Source of the DNA: Rhizophagus irregularis
Lineage: Eukaryota
Direction of reading: 5' to 3'
Assembly: GCF_026210795.1 (NCBI RefSeq)
Contig: NC_089435.1
Location: forward strand, 2,790,001-2,854,000
DNA length: 64,000 nucleotides
The notes under the pieces were generated by a model that worked only from the letters and a program-made list of their open reading frames with translations, made no database searches and was not told the origin of the DNA. Of the stretch, positions 40,101 to 53,129 are shown piece by piece. Position numbers and translations under genes: made by a program. Position 1 is the stretch's first letter; each line of letters begins with the position of its first letter.

Positions 40101-43100
40101 TTGAATTATATAAAGCAGCTGCTGAAAAAGGGTTAATGCACAATTTGATTTAGCTATATTATATCAATTAGGAGAAGGAGTTGATAAAGATGAGGAAAAA
40201 GCATTTGAATTTATAAAGGATTTGGCTGAAAAAGATGATATAAATTCTCAATTTCAGCTTGGATATTATTATGATAAAGGAATTGGAATTGAAGTTAATA
40301 AATCAAAAGCATTTGAATTATATGAAGTGGCAGCAGAAAAGGGGGATGCTTATTCACAATTTAATTTAGCTATATTATATCAATTTGGAGAAGGAGTTGA
40401 TAAGGATGAGAAAAAAGCATTTGAATTAATAGAAAAATTATCTGGAAAAGATAATATTGATGCTCAATTACAGTTTGGATATTATTATTATGAAGGAATT
40501 GGAACTGAAATTAATAAACCAAAAGCATTTGAATTATATAATATAGCAGTTGAAAAAGGAAATAATGAAGCACGATTTAATTTAGCCATATTATATCAAT
40601 TTGGAGAAGGAGTTGATAAAGATGAGAAGAAAGCATTTGAATTAATGAAAGATTTAGCAGAAAAAGATGATATAAATGCGCAATTCAAACTTGGACATTA
40701 TTATGATGAAGGAATTGGAACTGAACTTAATAAATCAAAAGCATTTGAATTATATAAAGCAGCTGCTGAAAAAGGAGATATTAATGCACAATTTAATTTA
40801 GCTATATTATATCAATTAGGAGAAGGAGTTGATAAAGATGAGGAAAAAGCATTTGAATTTATAAAGGATTTGGCTGAAAAAGATGATATAAATTCTCAAT
40901 TTCAGCTTGGATATTATTATGATAAAGGAATTGGAATTGAAGTTAATAAATCAAAAGCATTTGAATTATATGAAGTGGCAGCAGAAAAGGGGGATGCTTA
41001 TTCACGATTTAATTTAGCTATATTATATCAATTAGGAGAAGGAGTTGATAAGGATGAGAAAAAAGCATTTGAATTAATTGAAAACCTATCTGGAAAAGAT
41101 AATATTGATGCTCAATTACAGCTTGGATATTATTATTATGAAGGAATTGGAACTGAAATTAATAAACCAAAAGCATTTGAATTATATAATATAGCAGTTG
41201 AAAAAGGAAATAATGAAGCACAATATAATTTAGCTATATTATATCAATTTGGAGAAGGCATTGATAAAAATGAGGGAAAAGCATTTGAATTAATGAAAGA
41301 TTTAGCTGAAAAAGATGATTTAGATGCTCAATTCAAACTTGGATATTATTATGATAAAGGAATTGGAACTGAAATTAATAAACCAAAAGCATTTGAATTA
41401 TATAATATAGCAGTTGAAAAAGGAAATAATGAAGCACGATTTAATTTAGCCATATTATATCAATTTGGAGAAGGAGTTGATAAAGATGAGAAGAAAGCAT
41501 TTGAATTAATGAAAGATTTAGCAGAAAAAGATGATATAAATGCGCAATTCAAACTTGGACATTATTATGATGAAGGAATTGGAACTGAACTTAATAAATC
41601 AAAAGCATTTGAATTATATAAAGCAGCTGCTGAAAAAGGGAATATTAATTCACAATTTAATTTAGCTATATTATATCAATTAGGAGAAGGAGTTGATAAA
41701 GATGAGGGAAAAGCATTTGAATTAATAAAAGATTTAGCTGAAAAGGATGATTTAGATGCTCAATTCGAACTTGGATATTATTATGATAAAGGAATTGGAA
41801 CTGAAGTTAATAAATCAAAAGCGTTTGAATTATATAATATAGTAGTTGAAAAAGGAAATAATGAAGCACAATATAATTTAGCCATGTTATATAGACTTGG
41901 AGAAGGCATTGATAAAAATAAGGAAAAAGCATTTGAATTAATAAAAGATTTAGCTGAAAAAGATGATTTAGATGCTCAATTCAAACTTGGATATTATTAT
42001 GATAAAGGAATTGGAACTGAAATTAATAAATCAAAAGCATTTGAATTATATAATATAGTAGTTGAAAAAGGGAATAATGAAGCACAATATAATTTAGCCA
42101 TGTTATATCAATTTGGAGAAGGCATTGATAAAAATGAGGAAAAAGCATTTGAATTAATAAAAGATTTAGCTGAAAAAGATGATTTAGATGCTCAATTCAA
42201 ACTTGGATATTATTATGATGAAGGAATTGGAACTGAAATTAATAAATCAAAAGCATTTGAAATATATAAAGCAGCAGCTGAAAAAGGAGATATTAATTCA
42301 CAATTTAATTTAGCTATATTATATCAATTAGGAGAAGGGGTTGATAAGGATGTAAAAAAAGCATTTAAATTAATAGAAAACCTAGTCGAAAAGGATAATA
42401 TGGATGCTCAATTTCAGCTGGGATACTATTATGATAAAGGAATTGGAACTGAAATTAATAAACCAAAAGCATTTAAATTATACAATATAGCAGCTAAAAA
42501 AGGAGTTATTGATTCACAATATAAATTAGCCATGTTATATCAATTTGGAGAAGGCATTGATAAAAATAAGGAAAAAGCATTTGAATTAATTAAAGATCTA
42601 GCTGAAAAAGATGATACAGGTTCTCAATTTCAGCTTGGATATTATTATGATAAAGGAATTGGAACTGAAATTAATAAATCAAAAGCATTTGAATTATATG
42701 AATTGGCAGTTGAAAAAGGAAATAATGAAGCACAATATAAATTAGCCATGTTATATCAATTTGGAGAAGGCATTGATAAAAATGAGGAAAAAGCATTTGA
42801 ATTAATAAAAGATTTAGCTGAAAAAGATGATTTAGATTCTCAATTCAAACTTGGATATTATTATGATAAAGGAATTGGAACTGAAATTAATAAATCAAAA
42901 GCATTTGAATTATATAAAGCAGCAGCTGAAAAAGGAGATATTGATTCACAATTTAATTTAGCTATATTATATAAATTAGGAGAAGGAATTGATAAAGATG
43001 AAAAAAAAGCATTTGAATTAATGGAAATCCTAGCTGAAAAGGATAATATAGATGCTCAATTTATGCTTGGATATTATTATGAAAGAGGGATTGGAACTGA

Positions 43101-44037
43101 AATTAATAAATCAAAAGCATTTGAATTATATAATATAACAGCTGAAAAAGGAGATATTGATTCACAATTTAATTTAGCACTTTTATATCAATTAGGAGGA
43201 GTTGATAAAAATGAGGAAAAAGCATTTGAATTAATAAAGGATTTGGCTGAAAAAGATCATATGGATTCTCAAATTCAGCTTGGATATTATTATTCAAATG
43301 GAATTGGAACTGAAATTAATAAATCAAAAGCATTTGAATTATATAATATAACAGCAAAAAAAGGTAATAAAGTTGCACAATACAATTTAGGTGAATGTTA
43401 CGAATTAGGGAATGGTATAAATATAGATGAAATTAAAGCATTTGAATTTTATAAGAAATCGGCTGAAAATGGATATGGAGGTGCAAAATTTATACTTGGA
43501 TATTACTACGTAAATGGAATCGGAACTGAAATTAATAAAGAAAAGGGGTTTGAATTATATAATGAGGCAGCGGGCAGCAATATCCAAGTTAATCTTATTG
43601 AAAATGACGAAGAAATAGTAAATAATTTGGACAAAGTTAATTATTGGTATCATAAAGCTGCAGAAAATGAAAATAAAATTGCATTGTATAAATTAGGTGA
43701 ATTTTATGAATTGGGTAAAGGTGTTTGTCAAAATGAAACACGAGCATTTGAATTCTATAAGAAATCAGCTGATCAAGGGTATATAGATGCTCAATACAAA
43801 GTTGGGTATATTTATAATTATGGAACTCAGATTATTATTGATAAAGAAAAAGCATTTAATTATTTTACAATGGCTGCAAAAGGAGGAAATGTTGATGCAC
43901 AATACAGCCTTGCATCTTTATATGAACGAGGAGAAGGAACTGAAAAAAATACTGAGAATACCATTTATTGGTATAAGAAAGCTACAGAAAATAGATGCCA
44001 AGAAGCTGAAAAAGGTTTAAACTTTTTATTAAAATAG
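37155..44037 (+). pseudogene. Kinase-Sel1 paralog of the 16448 gene with a greatly expanded Sel1 array, disrupted by TAA at 39158-39160 and a ~4-nt deletion near 40130; exons 37155-37400, 37472-37544, 37612-37775, 37857-38184, 38259-44037
   Basis: GSGSHG, FALK, HRDL|HGDN, DFG; the frame continues past DA*CQLG into the 39302 ORF; gggttaat replaces ggagatattaat of sister repeats. Confidence 0.88.
39700..43380 (+). repeat. Coding tandem array of 216-bp units (two alternating Sel1 repeats)
   Basis: Near-identical units; the gcacgatttaatttagc marker occurs at 39926, 40570 and 41434 (spacings 648-4 and 864). Confidence 0.9.
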
Positions 44038-45192
44038 ATAAATAAACAAAAGTTCTAAAAAATTTTATTTATCTGGAATCTTGATTAGACTAGTTGCCTA
44101 ATTATTATTACAGAAAATGCAACAAAAAAAGTTTTCATTAAATTATTAATAGTAATTAGTACAATATGTCATATTTAAATTATTGCTACTGTATCATTTT
44201 TACTATATCTAATATATTAATATACGCCATTTTCAAAAAAAAAGAAAATTTTGTAAATGGCTCTCATAATGTGACTATACTAGCATTAATTGTTACAATA
44301 TGAAGCACGTAATTAAATAATCTAGTAATTGTTGAAACCTTTTGCAGCAAGTGTGTGGGCTAAATCGCTTATACTCATATCGATAAAGAATTATTAGTTA
44401 ATTAGAATCTTCTCTCCTGGTCATATTTAGAAATTGATGTTATATTATGCCCAGATAAGGATTATATTTATTTCTTTAAACGTCTAAAAAACTTTCTTCT
44501 ATTATTATAATTTGTATTCACCTAAATTTTTTTAGTATTAAAAATAAAAGAAATACATTTAAGCCATATTTGGCTTATCTGTATTAATTTTTTAACTGAT
44601 GCAGTATTTGCAATTTAGAAGCGAATTTGTATTCTTAATTGTTCTTATGTTTTGATCTTTAAGCGACATACACGTGTAACTATTGGCAATTATTTATAAA
44701 TTCCAATTATTTAGCTATTTTATTTAAGGATATAACGTTTATCTGAACCTCGACTCGTTAAAATCTATATAGGCCCATTTTTAAATTAATATATAATGAT
44801 AGAATTTAAGAAATTCGTAAAAAATATAAATCTTACCTTTCTTCCTTCCTTCCTTACTTTCATTTTAAATAAAGTAAAAATATTATGTGTAATAAATAAA
44901 AAAGAATAAAAGAATAAACCATTATAAATATAACAAAATGAATTATATTAAAACTATCATATTCGCTTCACCTGTTAAAATATCCCACCCCATTAATTAT
45001 TTATAACCAGAATATTATAAAACTTGAAATATTGGCGTTGAGGATTTCGTCTTATTCCTACCGTGATATATAAGCATGCGATTTGTAATGTGACAATGTG
45101 CTTAAATTGCAAATTTATTATATATAAATCTTTTTTTCTAGTTAATTAAATATTAAAATTTTCTTACCTTCATTAATCGTTCGTTATATTAT

Positions 45193-45320
45193 CCCTATAA
45201 AAAAATTTTATCCGTTATTTCTGTAAAAATGAGCCTTTCACGGAACCATTCGCGGAATATGTAAATAATTCGATAAATTCCGATGACGGAATATAAAAAC
45301 GGATCGACTTTTTTACAGGG
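45193..45320. mobile_element. 128-bp MITE with CCCT(A/G)TAAAAAA TIRs and 3-bp TSD
   Basis: ccctataaaaaaa...ttttttacaggg flanked by tat on both sides. Confidence 0.75.
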
Positions 45321-45832
45321 TATATATTCCAAGAATCAAAAAATAGAGCTCATTTTTTTAAAATCGAAGTTTTTAAGTACACCTACACCATTTAAATCAG
45401 AAAAACAAGCCAGAAAACCCTAAATTTTCCATGTATACACTATAATAGAATTCACGTCAAATGGCGTCACAATGAAAATAAATTATCTATTATAAATGAA
45501 AAAAAAAAGAAATACTAACTGCGATACGAGTTAAAGCAGATTTAAATTTTCTGTATACTTGATATTTATTTTTATTACCGGTAAATGTATTTCTGTTCAT
45601 TTTTATAAGTTTCAGAATTATCAAAAATATCAAAATTAAAATCATATCGTAGAGGATAAATAATCCTCACCAATCACATCAGATCAGAGATATGTGATAT
45701 CATTTTATGTATTGCTGTGTCAACATGAGGTCATACAAAAAAAGGCGTTAAAAAGCATCAATTTTGACGATCCTCTCATTTTCCAAAAAAAAATTTTTTT
45801 TTCCAGCATTTTCTTACTCTTTCGTACAAAAA

Positions 45833-46883
45833 ATGGATATATCAAAACAAATAAGAGAAGGTAATAAAGATATGAACGAAAAGGAAGTCACCCGTCGTAA
45901 ATTTAAGGTATATTTATAATACTTTGTTAATTTTTAAGTCCTTAATGAGTTTCAATAACCGCAATAATCATTTAAAAAAACCATAATTTCATTACTAGAT
46001 GATACATTCTAACTTCGAAATTTTAAACAAACCTTGGTGGAAGAGTTCCTATGATGAACGAAATGTTGAATATTTTATCTCCTCAATCAAACATTTACAA
46101 CACGTCATATTATTATCACTTTCTGATCATGAAAATAATGAATTATTTTGGAAGGGATACCTCGATCTTAATCATGAACGTTATCTTTTAGAATGTATTT
46201 CTTCTGAATGTGACGTTGATCTCACAATTGAATTTGTACAACAGCAGTTAAAGAAACCTGATAGATCTTTACGTTTGGTTAAAAAAATCCAAAATCTTAA
46301 TGATGCTATTACTAGTATTTTCCCATCCAAGTTCTTTCCCAAACTTTCAATTGATAATTTTACACCCTTGCTTGCAAAACAGTTAAATCAACATATATGC
46401 AATGGATTGATCGATAATGCAGGCCAGTATAGAATAAAATACGTTATGCCAGCACAAGAAAACTTTGTTTATATGTCTCCATATTTGATAGAAGACCGTA
46501 TGAATGAACTATTCCGTCAATGTCGAGAAAAATTTAAGAAAGAAGATTTACAGCTGGAGGAAGCTGTCAAATTTGGAGCGTGCTTTTATTCTCATTTCTT
46601 AAGTATCCACCCTTTTATGAATGGAAATGGAAGAGTAGCGAGGTTACTTTTGAGTTATCTCTTATCAAGATTCACTGCGGTACCATTCTCTTTATATATA
46701 GGAACGAAAACACGAGATGTGTATTTACAATGTTTGCGTGAATCAAGATCATTCACACCTAACGCACTTGCAGCTCTTATACTTGAGAGTATACACTTAT
46801 CCTTCTATAACATATGTTCAGTTATGGATTTAGAATTAACGTTAGAGCCAAAACAATCATGTTGTAAAGAAATATGGAGATAA
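45833..46883 (+). CDS. Fic/DOC (Fido) domain protein, 319 aa; exons 45833-45907 and 45999-46883
   Basis: HPFMNGNGRVAR at 46608-46643 (Fic consensus HPFx[D/E]GNGRxxR); upstream LNQHI..G...AGQYR flap motif; phase-0 GT-AG intron. Confidence 0.92.
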
Positions 46884-48591
46884 ATAACTTTTAGAGCAAA
46901 TTAAGAATCTGTCGTGATTTAAAAAATTATTGTAATTTTATTTACGTTATTTTTTTAAGAAAAAAAATTTCTTTATACACGCTTCTTACGTCATAAAAAT
47001 TAGTCTCTGTGTGTATCATGCTCGTATTTACGTTTATTTTGTAACAATTGAACAAATTGGAAAAACCGGGTAATCTTATTGCAGGATCATGTGATTAAAA
47101 TCTCGCTAACGCCGCTGTTAGGAAAAAAAGCAATGTGATCATTGAATTTTAAGATTTACTCATGTCAAGAAAAATTCAATTAATTCAATATAAACGAGAG
47201 AAAAATAGTTCAGAATTTTATTATTTTAAAATTTTGGTAAAATTTGAACAGATAGATGATACCGGCAAAAATAATCATCATATTAAACAATTTACGGAAA
47301 TCAGATAGTTTTTTTACGAATTTATCATCATTACTGTATCTCAAGTCCCAATAAACAATTTTTTAAGAACAAGAATATGAAAATAAAGTTTGTTGAAGAA
47401 TATTAGTTGAAAAATTAAATTAAAAAAATACCTAAAAAAGTTTATTTTTTATATTTATCATTATTAAACAAGAAAAAAAACTTCGATAACAACATAATTT
47501 CGTTAATAACCTTCAAAATGGGAGAAATAAATTAAAAATGTGGATTGTTGATGTATTAAATATTACAATTCTTTAGGATTATATCAAATACTTTCATTTT
47601 AAAATTTTTTTATTAAAAAAAAAATTCTAAGATTGTGTGATGACTCGGATCAATTAACACATGACGTCATGACGTTGTGCTTTTTATCCGCTTTTTTATT
47701 ACATTAACGGGATTCCTGAAAAAATAAGGTGAATAAGATAAGAACTTTCTAAGTAGCGTAAAATAGATTTTATTTGAAACTCAATCGGTATAGTCACGTG
47801 ATTACATCTTTTTTTCCTTTACAACCTTAAAAATTTAAATTAATATCTAATTTATATTCCTAATAATAATTTAATTTTATTGTTAGGTTAAATTTGAAAT
47901 TAATCAATTGTATAAAAATGGTATAAATCACTATACATAAAAGGGTAATAATTATGATAATCCGGGTGAACATACAACTTTGTAACTCTTTTTGATGATT
48001 ACAATTACTAAAAAAAATTTATTAATGAATTTAACGTAAAAGTATAATTGATGAAGGAATAAATTTGTTTATTATCACAAAATTTGGGTAAAAAAATTTT
48101 TTTTTAATGTAAATCCTTCCTTTAATTATTTATAATGAGGAGGTTATATCCGAATCAATTTGACTAAAATTGGTAATAAATAATAAGATATGAAATCCCT
48201 TCAAAATATCATGCCACATTTTTTTTTTTGTCAACATAAAGTCAAAATATGTAAAAAGGAATAAACCGATGTAAATCCAGAAAAATCTTTTATCTATAGT
48301 GGCAATAGATCCGAATAACTTCTTAATTACTTTAATTAAAACAGTAATATATAATAACGACGTTATCAAGATTTAAAGTCTGGGCTATGATGCAAATTTT
48401 TCTTCATGATTATAATTACTAAAATTGGCTATAGATTACATATTAATATATAATTACTAGGAATGTTTAGAAGATTGCTGATAGAAGAAGATCGAAGTTT
48501 TTGGAACATCTTGTTTGCGTATTGCGAAAGAAAGAAAAAAACATATAAATAAGCACTAATTTCGCTCGATACTTCAACCAAGTTAATCAAA

Positions 48592-49278
48592 ATGGCTACT
48601 AAATACTTTGTTACATTTAAAAATGAAAGCACCCAACCTTCTGTTGTTCAATTCTGTGTTTATCAACAGTATCCCGACCTTCCTGGCTTAAAATCAGTTG
48701 CATGGAAAAAAGCCGGTGCATATATGGGCGGACAAGCAACTGTTGAGTGGGTTATTACCTATTCAGCTGTTCTTAGTAATTATAATGATGAAGGAGGTAT
48801 TGGTATATATGCTAGCAGTCAATCAATTGGAGCGGATTTTAAAGACCAATTTGATATCACCGATGAAAGTGTAAGAAATCAAAGTTTTCGAATATTTCTT
48901 AACGCGATAAATTTTCTTTAATAACTTGAAATTTTGAACATTTAGGGCATTCAAGTTGTCAAGAAATCAGGTACCTCAGGGCAAGATGGTACCATCACAA
49001 TTACCAACAAATCTAATGAAATGGCTAACGTCGGTATCGGAATGGATGATTCATTGTCTTCGGTCATTCCTAATGTTTATGGAGGAGTTGAGGAGGTTTT
49101 CCAAATCACTCCAACCTATTTTGTTGCAGCATATGAGAATTTGGAAATAGGACAACTTATTTCCGATGTCGGAATAATTGGAAAGCCTCTAACATTGCAA
49201 TTTCCAAGTGGAGTCACAAAAGCTACTGTAAGATTGATTCAAGATGGCCAGAAATTAAATCTCAAGATTGAGTATTAA
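48592..49278 (+). CDS. 203-aa beta-rich protein resembling the bacterial RhiA family; exons 48592-48870 and 48946-49278
   Basis: A phase-0 intron joins two ORFs; motif order Y.V.F.N.S, FCVYQ..P, SVAW, W...Y, SQ...AD, G.I.I.N, VGIGM, F..TPTY, GQ, FP.G matches my recollection of RhiA-like proteins. Confidence 0.75.
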
Positions 49279-50934
49279 TTCTACGAGTAAGTTTTTTTTG
49301 GAATAACAGAAGGAAGTTTACTGAACTCCCTACTTTGCTGCGGCAAAAATTATCTTCTCGTCTTTTTATATCATTATTTCCTTTATAGTCTATATTTTAT
49401 GATTATATTTCTTTTTTTTTATTCGACATATGAAATTGTTGACAAATTTGTTATATTGAAATTTGTATTTTTAAAATTTATAATGTCAAACTAACAATTT
49501 AATAAAATTTGAAGCTCTTTTGATCTTTTTTAACTAACCGTTATTTTTATAAGATATTTCAATTATGCATTAAAAATTACGTGGATTAAAATGTTGATCG
49601 TATTAACTATAGCTTTTTTACGTCTTTTTATCTAGATAATTACATATGGTAAAATAAAAATGTGAACGCACTAAATTTAAATTATAAATAAATATATGGT
49701 AAATAAAATGAAATTACAAAGACTGAAAATAAAATTTGTTGAAATTTTTAAATAAATTATGTTTAACAGCTTTAGTTCTTATTTTTATTCCAAATTACAT
49801 TCACGACCAGAAATTATAATTTAAATAAATCATAAACTTTTATTCACATGACTAGTTTATATTTAAACATTAATAAATTTAAAATATATGTAATTTCATA
49901 ATGAACAACGTTAACACGAACCTGTTTTTAGAATAGACAAGGTGAAACATCAATATTGTAACTTTTTTGCAAATATTTAACTCACCCAGTTTTTTACTAT
50001 ACATATTGAAACTTAAAAATTAAAATGGGACATATATTACTTTTAGGCTAATAAATTTAATTCGAACTATGATAATTACTTACTAACCGTCATGGTATTT
50101 AGGCATCCACAAATTTTGTTGAGTTATGACTGGAATGATGGAAATGTTTATTAATTAAATCCCAAAATTGAAGATGATCTAAATTCTTTATATTCCTTAT
50201 CGGGAAGGATTAAATTCAATATAAATGAAAAGAAAATTCATAATGTGCTGCCATCGGTTCAAATAAAGTTATAGTAAATTGTTTATTTTCTGCACTTCAA
50301 GCATCAATTTCAGAAAATGCATATAAACAACATAAAGAAATGTTTTAACGCGCTTATATATTCATATTTCTTTGTTAATTTGTAAAAATTAGGTATGGGA
50401 AACGAAATTCCACGTATGTTTGATCTGCTGATAGTGTTAATTTTAGCCACAAAATTCCATTGACCGACTGATCATTTTTTTAGATTTGTAATCATTTGTA
50501 ATCATCCGGACCATGTCTTCTGTCGTTATTATATGTAATACGAGCTAATTCCACGTCAGATCCAATGGGCGAAAATTAGTATAACCTAAAATTTTATCTG
50601 TCAACCCTCGGAATTATTTGCCCGAATAATAAGATCAAGTCCGAGTTTGCGCAAAATAATCATGTAGATCTTGACTTTTATGGATAATCCGGGTCAAATT
50701 TTATTACTTTTTTTAGGTAATGACAGACACTATCTTAATTCCGACCCTGAAGAAATGCGTACAACGAAGGACCTGATTTCCTATGGGTCTTAATGGCGCA
50801 GCGAGAGACCTAAAGTTGTTCATGTGTTACCGTGATACGAAATTTAGACTTTATTATATTTAGTAAGGACAAAGAAAGGAATAATTAAAGTAACGCAAAA
50901 TAACGCCTTTTTAATTCTACCAAAACATATAATA

Positions 50935-51160
50935 AAATGGATAAATTCGTATATTTAATAAATAAACTCGTATAATGTTTTTTAATAAATAAATTCATAT
51001 AATGTTTTTTTTTAGTTTATATAATATTTTTTTAATAAATAAATTTAATAAATTCGGGTATATATATTTTTTTAATAAAATCCGGATAATATAGATATAT
51101 ATTTTAATAAAAATTCGGATATATCAGATATATTTTTAATAAAATATGGATACATATATA
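50935..51160. repeat. Degenerate ~30-bp tandem repeats
   Basis: Recurring ttttaataaa(taa)attc(g)gata(t) units. Confidence 0.6.
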
Positions 51161-51499
51161 TATATGTATATATTGATAAATTATTTCAGCTAATCACAAA
51201 AATTGGCCTCCTGAACAATATATACGAATAATAAATATTTCCTTGATGTTAATATATGGTTAGCTCTCGGATTTTTGATGCAGATCATGATCAAATTTTT
51301 TTTTTGTTCTATATAAATGACCATTGTTCATAATATTGAAATATTGATATCAATATCAATATCACAAAAATGCGTGATCTGTATATGGCGTCAACGTATT
51401 ACGAGGGTTGAAGAGGGTCAAAACATATTACAAGACAATACAAGCTTGCTCTCATGTTTTCATGAAATATTGAGAGAAATATGATATGGCTATACTTCA

Positions 51500-52270
51500 T
51501 AGCCTTTCCTCACTATGGTATATATATCAGTCAAACCTTATGGTTTGAACCTGCAAGAAAATTTCTTTCTTTCGCTACACCGCCAACAGCCGATGAAGAA
51601 AACGTATACCAAAGTTATTTTCGTGAAAAGTTCTTGTCACAGCTAGAAGGGGATAATTACGTCAAAGCTGTTGACAGGCATTCAAAAAAATTTCTCGAGT
51701 TGTTACTTCAGATAATGTTGATGGTCTAACTGTGCTGAGTCTGGTGGCCTATATATAAAGGTATACTGTGTTTTGTGGTGAAGAGTGGTCGAACTGGGCC
51801 TAAAGCGTGATCGTATTATACTGTCCTATAAATATGTGCAGTTGGTCTAATCAGGCCTATCTGTATGGCAACAATGATGATACAATTCATTCATTCATTT
51901 TTTTATTTCAAAACAAGTTACAAGACCAGTAAGGGTAATATCCTAATGGGGTGGCGGAATTGATTTAATTGGAGTAATCGTCTTATTGAATCTGGAGCTT
52001 TGATAGTTCAGAAGGAACCTATGTTTTAATTGTTATTGGACAAATAAAAGAATATTGTAAAGAAGATATTTCATCAGAAAAATATGAGGAGGAGTAAAAT
52101 TCGTTGTCCAATGCAAGAATTTTACAATGGACAAAGTAAATGGCTACCTTGTTAGAGATTTATTATCTAATACTAAAGTCAATAATTATTCAGGGAGGAT
52201 TATCAAATTATCCTCCTGATACTCTAGGAATTTTTATTACACAAAGTCATCACTTGAGTTAGCAAGAAGT
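51500..52270 (+). pseudogene. Fragmented coding relic of unknown family, possibly a CRN/nuclease-kinase type C-terminal domain
   Basis: Protein-like segments EENVYQSYFREKFLSQLEG..VKAVDRHSKKFLE and VIGQIKEYCKE separated by stops. Confidence 0.35.
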
Positions 52271-53129
52271 TCAGTTTATAATATATTACTACTAAATATA
52301 ACAAATTTTAATTAAACGGTTTACATTGTATGTGAACAGAAAAGTAAAGAAGCGCTCAAGTGATGACTGTGATATCATTACGATTGAAAATACCAAATTC
52401 GAAAATATTGAAGTTGAAGAAGGCTCCACTTTATCCTTATTTGGAATCGAAATAAAGGGCAAAGTGATCTTAAATAATATAAAATTCAAAAATGTAACAA
52501 TGAAACAAAGAAATCTTTTTTTAAAATTTTAAATTTAATAAAAAAAGTTATTTACTTTCTAAAAGTTAATAAAACAACAATAAAAATATGCTTATTGATG
52601 TTACTTTTTTTATTAAAAGATATTACGAAATTTTTTAAAGCTTTAATACAAAATATTGTACAATAACAAACATTAACAGTCATTGAATAATATATTTTCT
52701 CATTTACATTATGTAAGCGATCTATTCGCAATTTTTTTTTTACAATAGTTCGTAAATAATAAAGTACTGTGAAATTTATAAATTCATTACAAAAACAATT
52801 TTGTATAAGTAGTTTATTGTTACATTGTTACAAAAAAAATTTTTTTTTATCTTAAAAAATTCCATTGTAGCTTTAAAAAATTACATCCTCTAGAAAAGAG
52901 AATCTCACTAATTAATATGAAAAAAAAATTCTCAGAAAAATTAATTATAACGATCTATTGTCACAAAAAATAAATAAATACAGTAAGTAATTGTGTTAGT
53001 CTATTTATATTGGGCTTGATACAAAAATAATAATATTATTATTAATAATAAGAATCGGGAAAAAAGGCAGTTGCCGTGACGCAGCAACATTGATCTGATC
53101 ACCGATCCAAACCTAAATGGTGAAAGAAT

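Noticed and set aside
39700..43380. Regular repeats as a possible CRISPR array
   Set aside because: Units are in-frame Sel1 coding repeats without unique spacers; eukaryotic context; no cas genes
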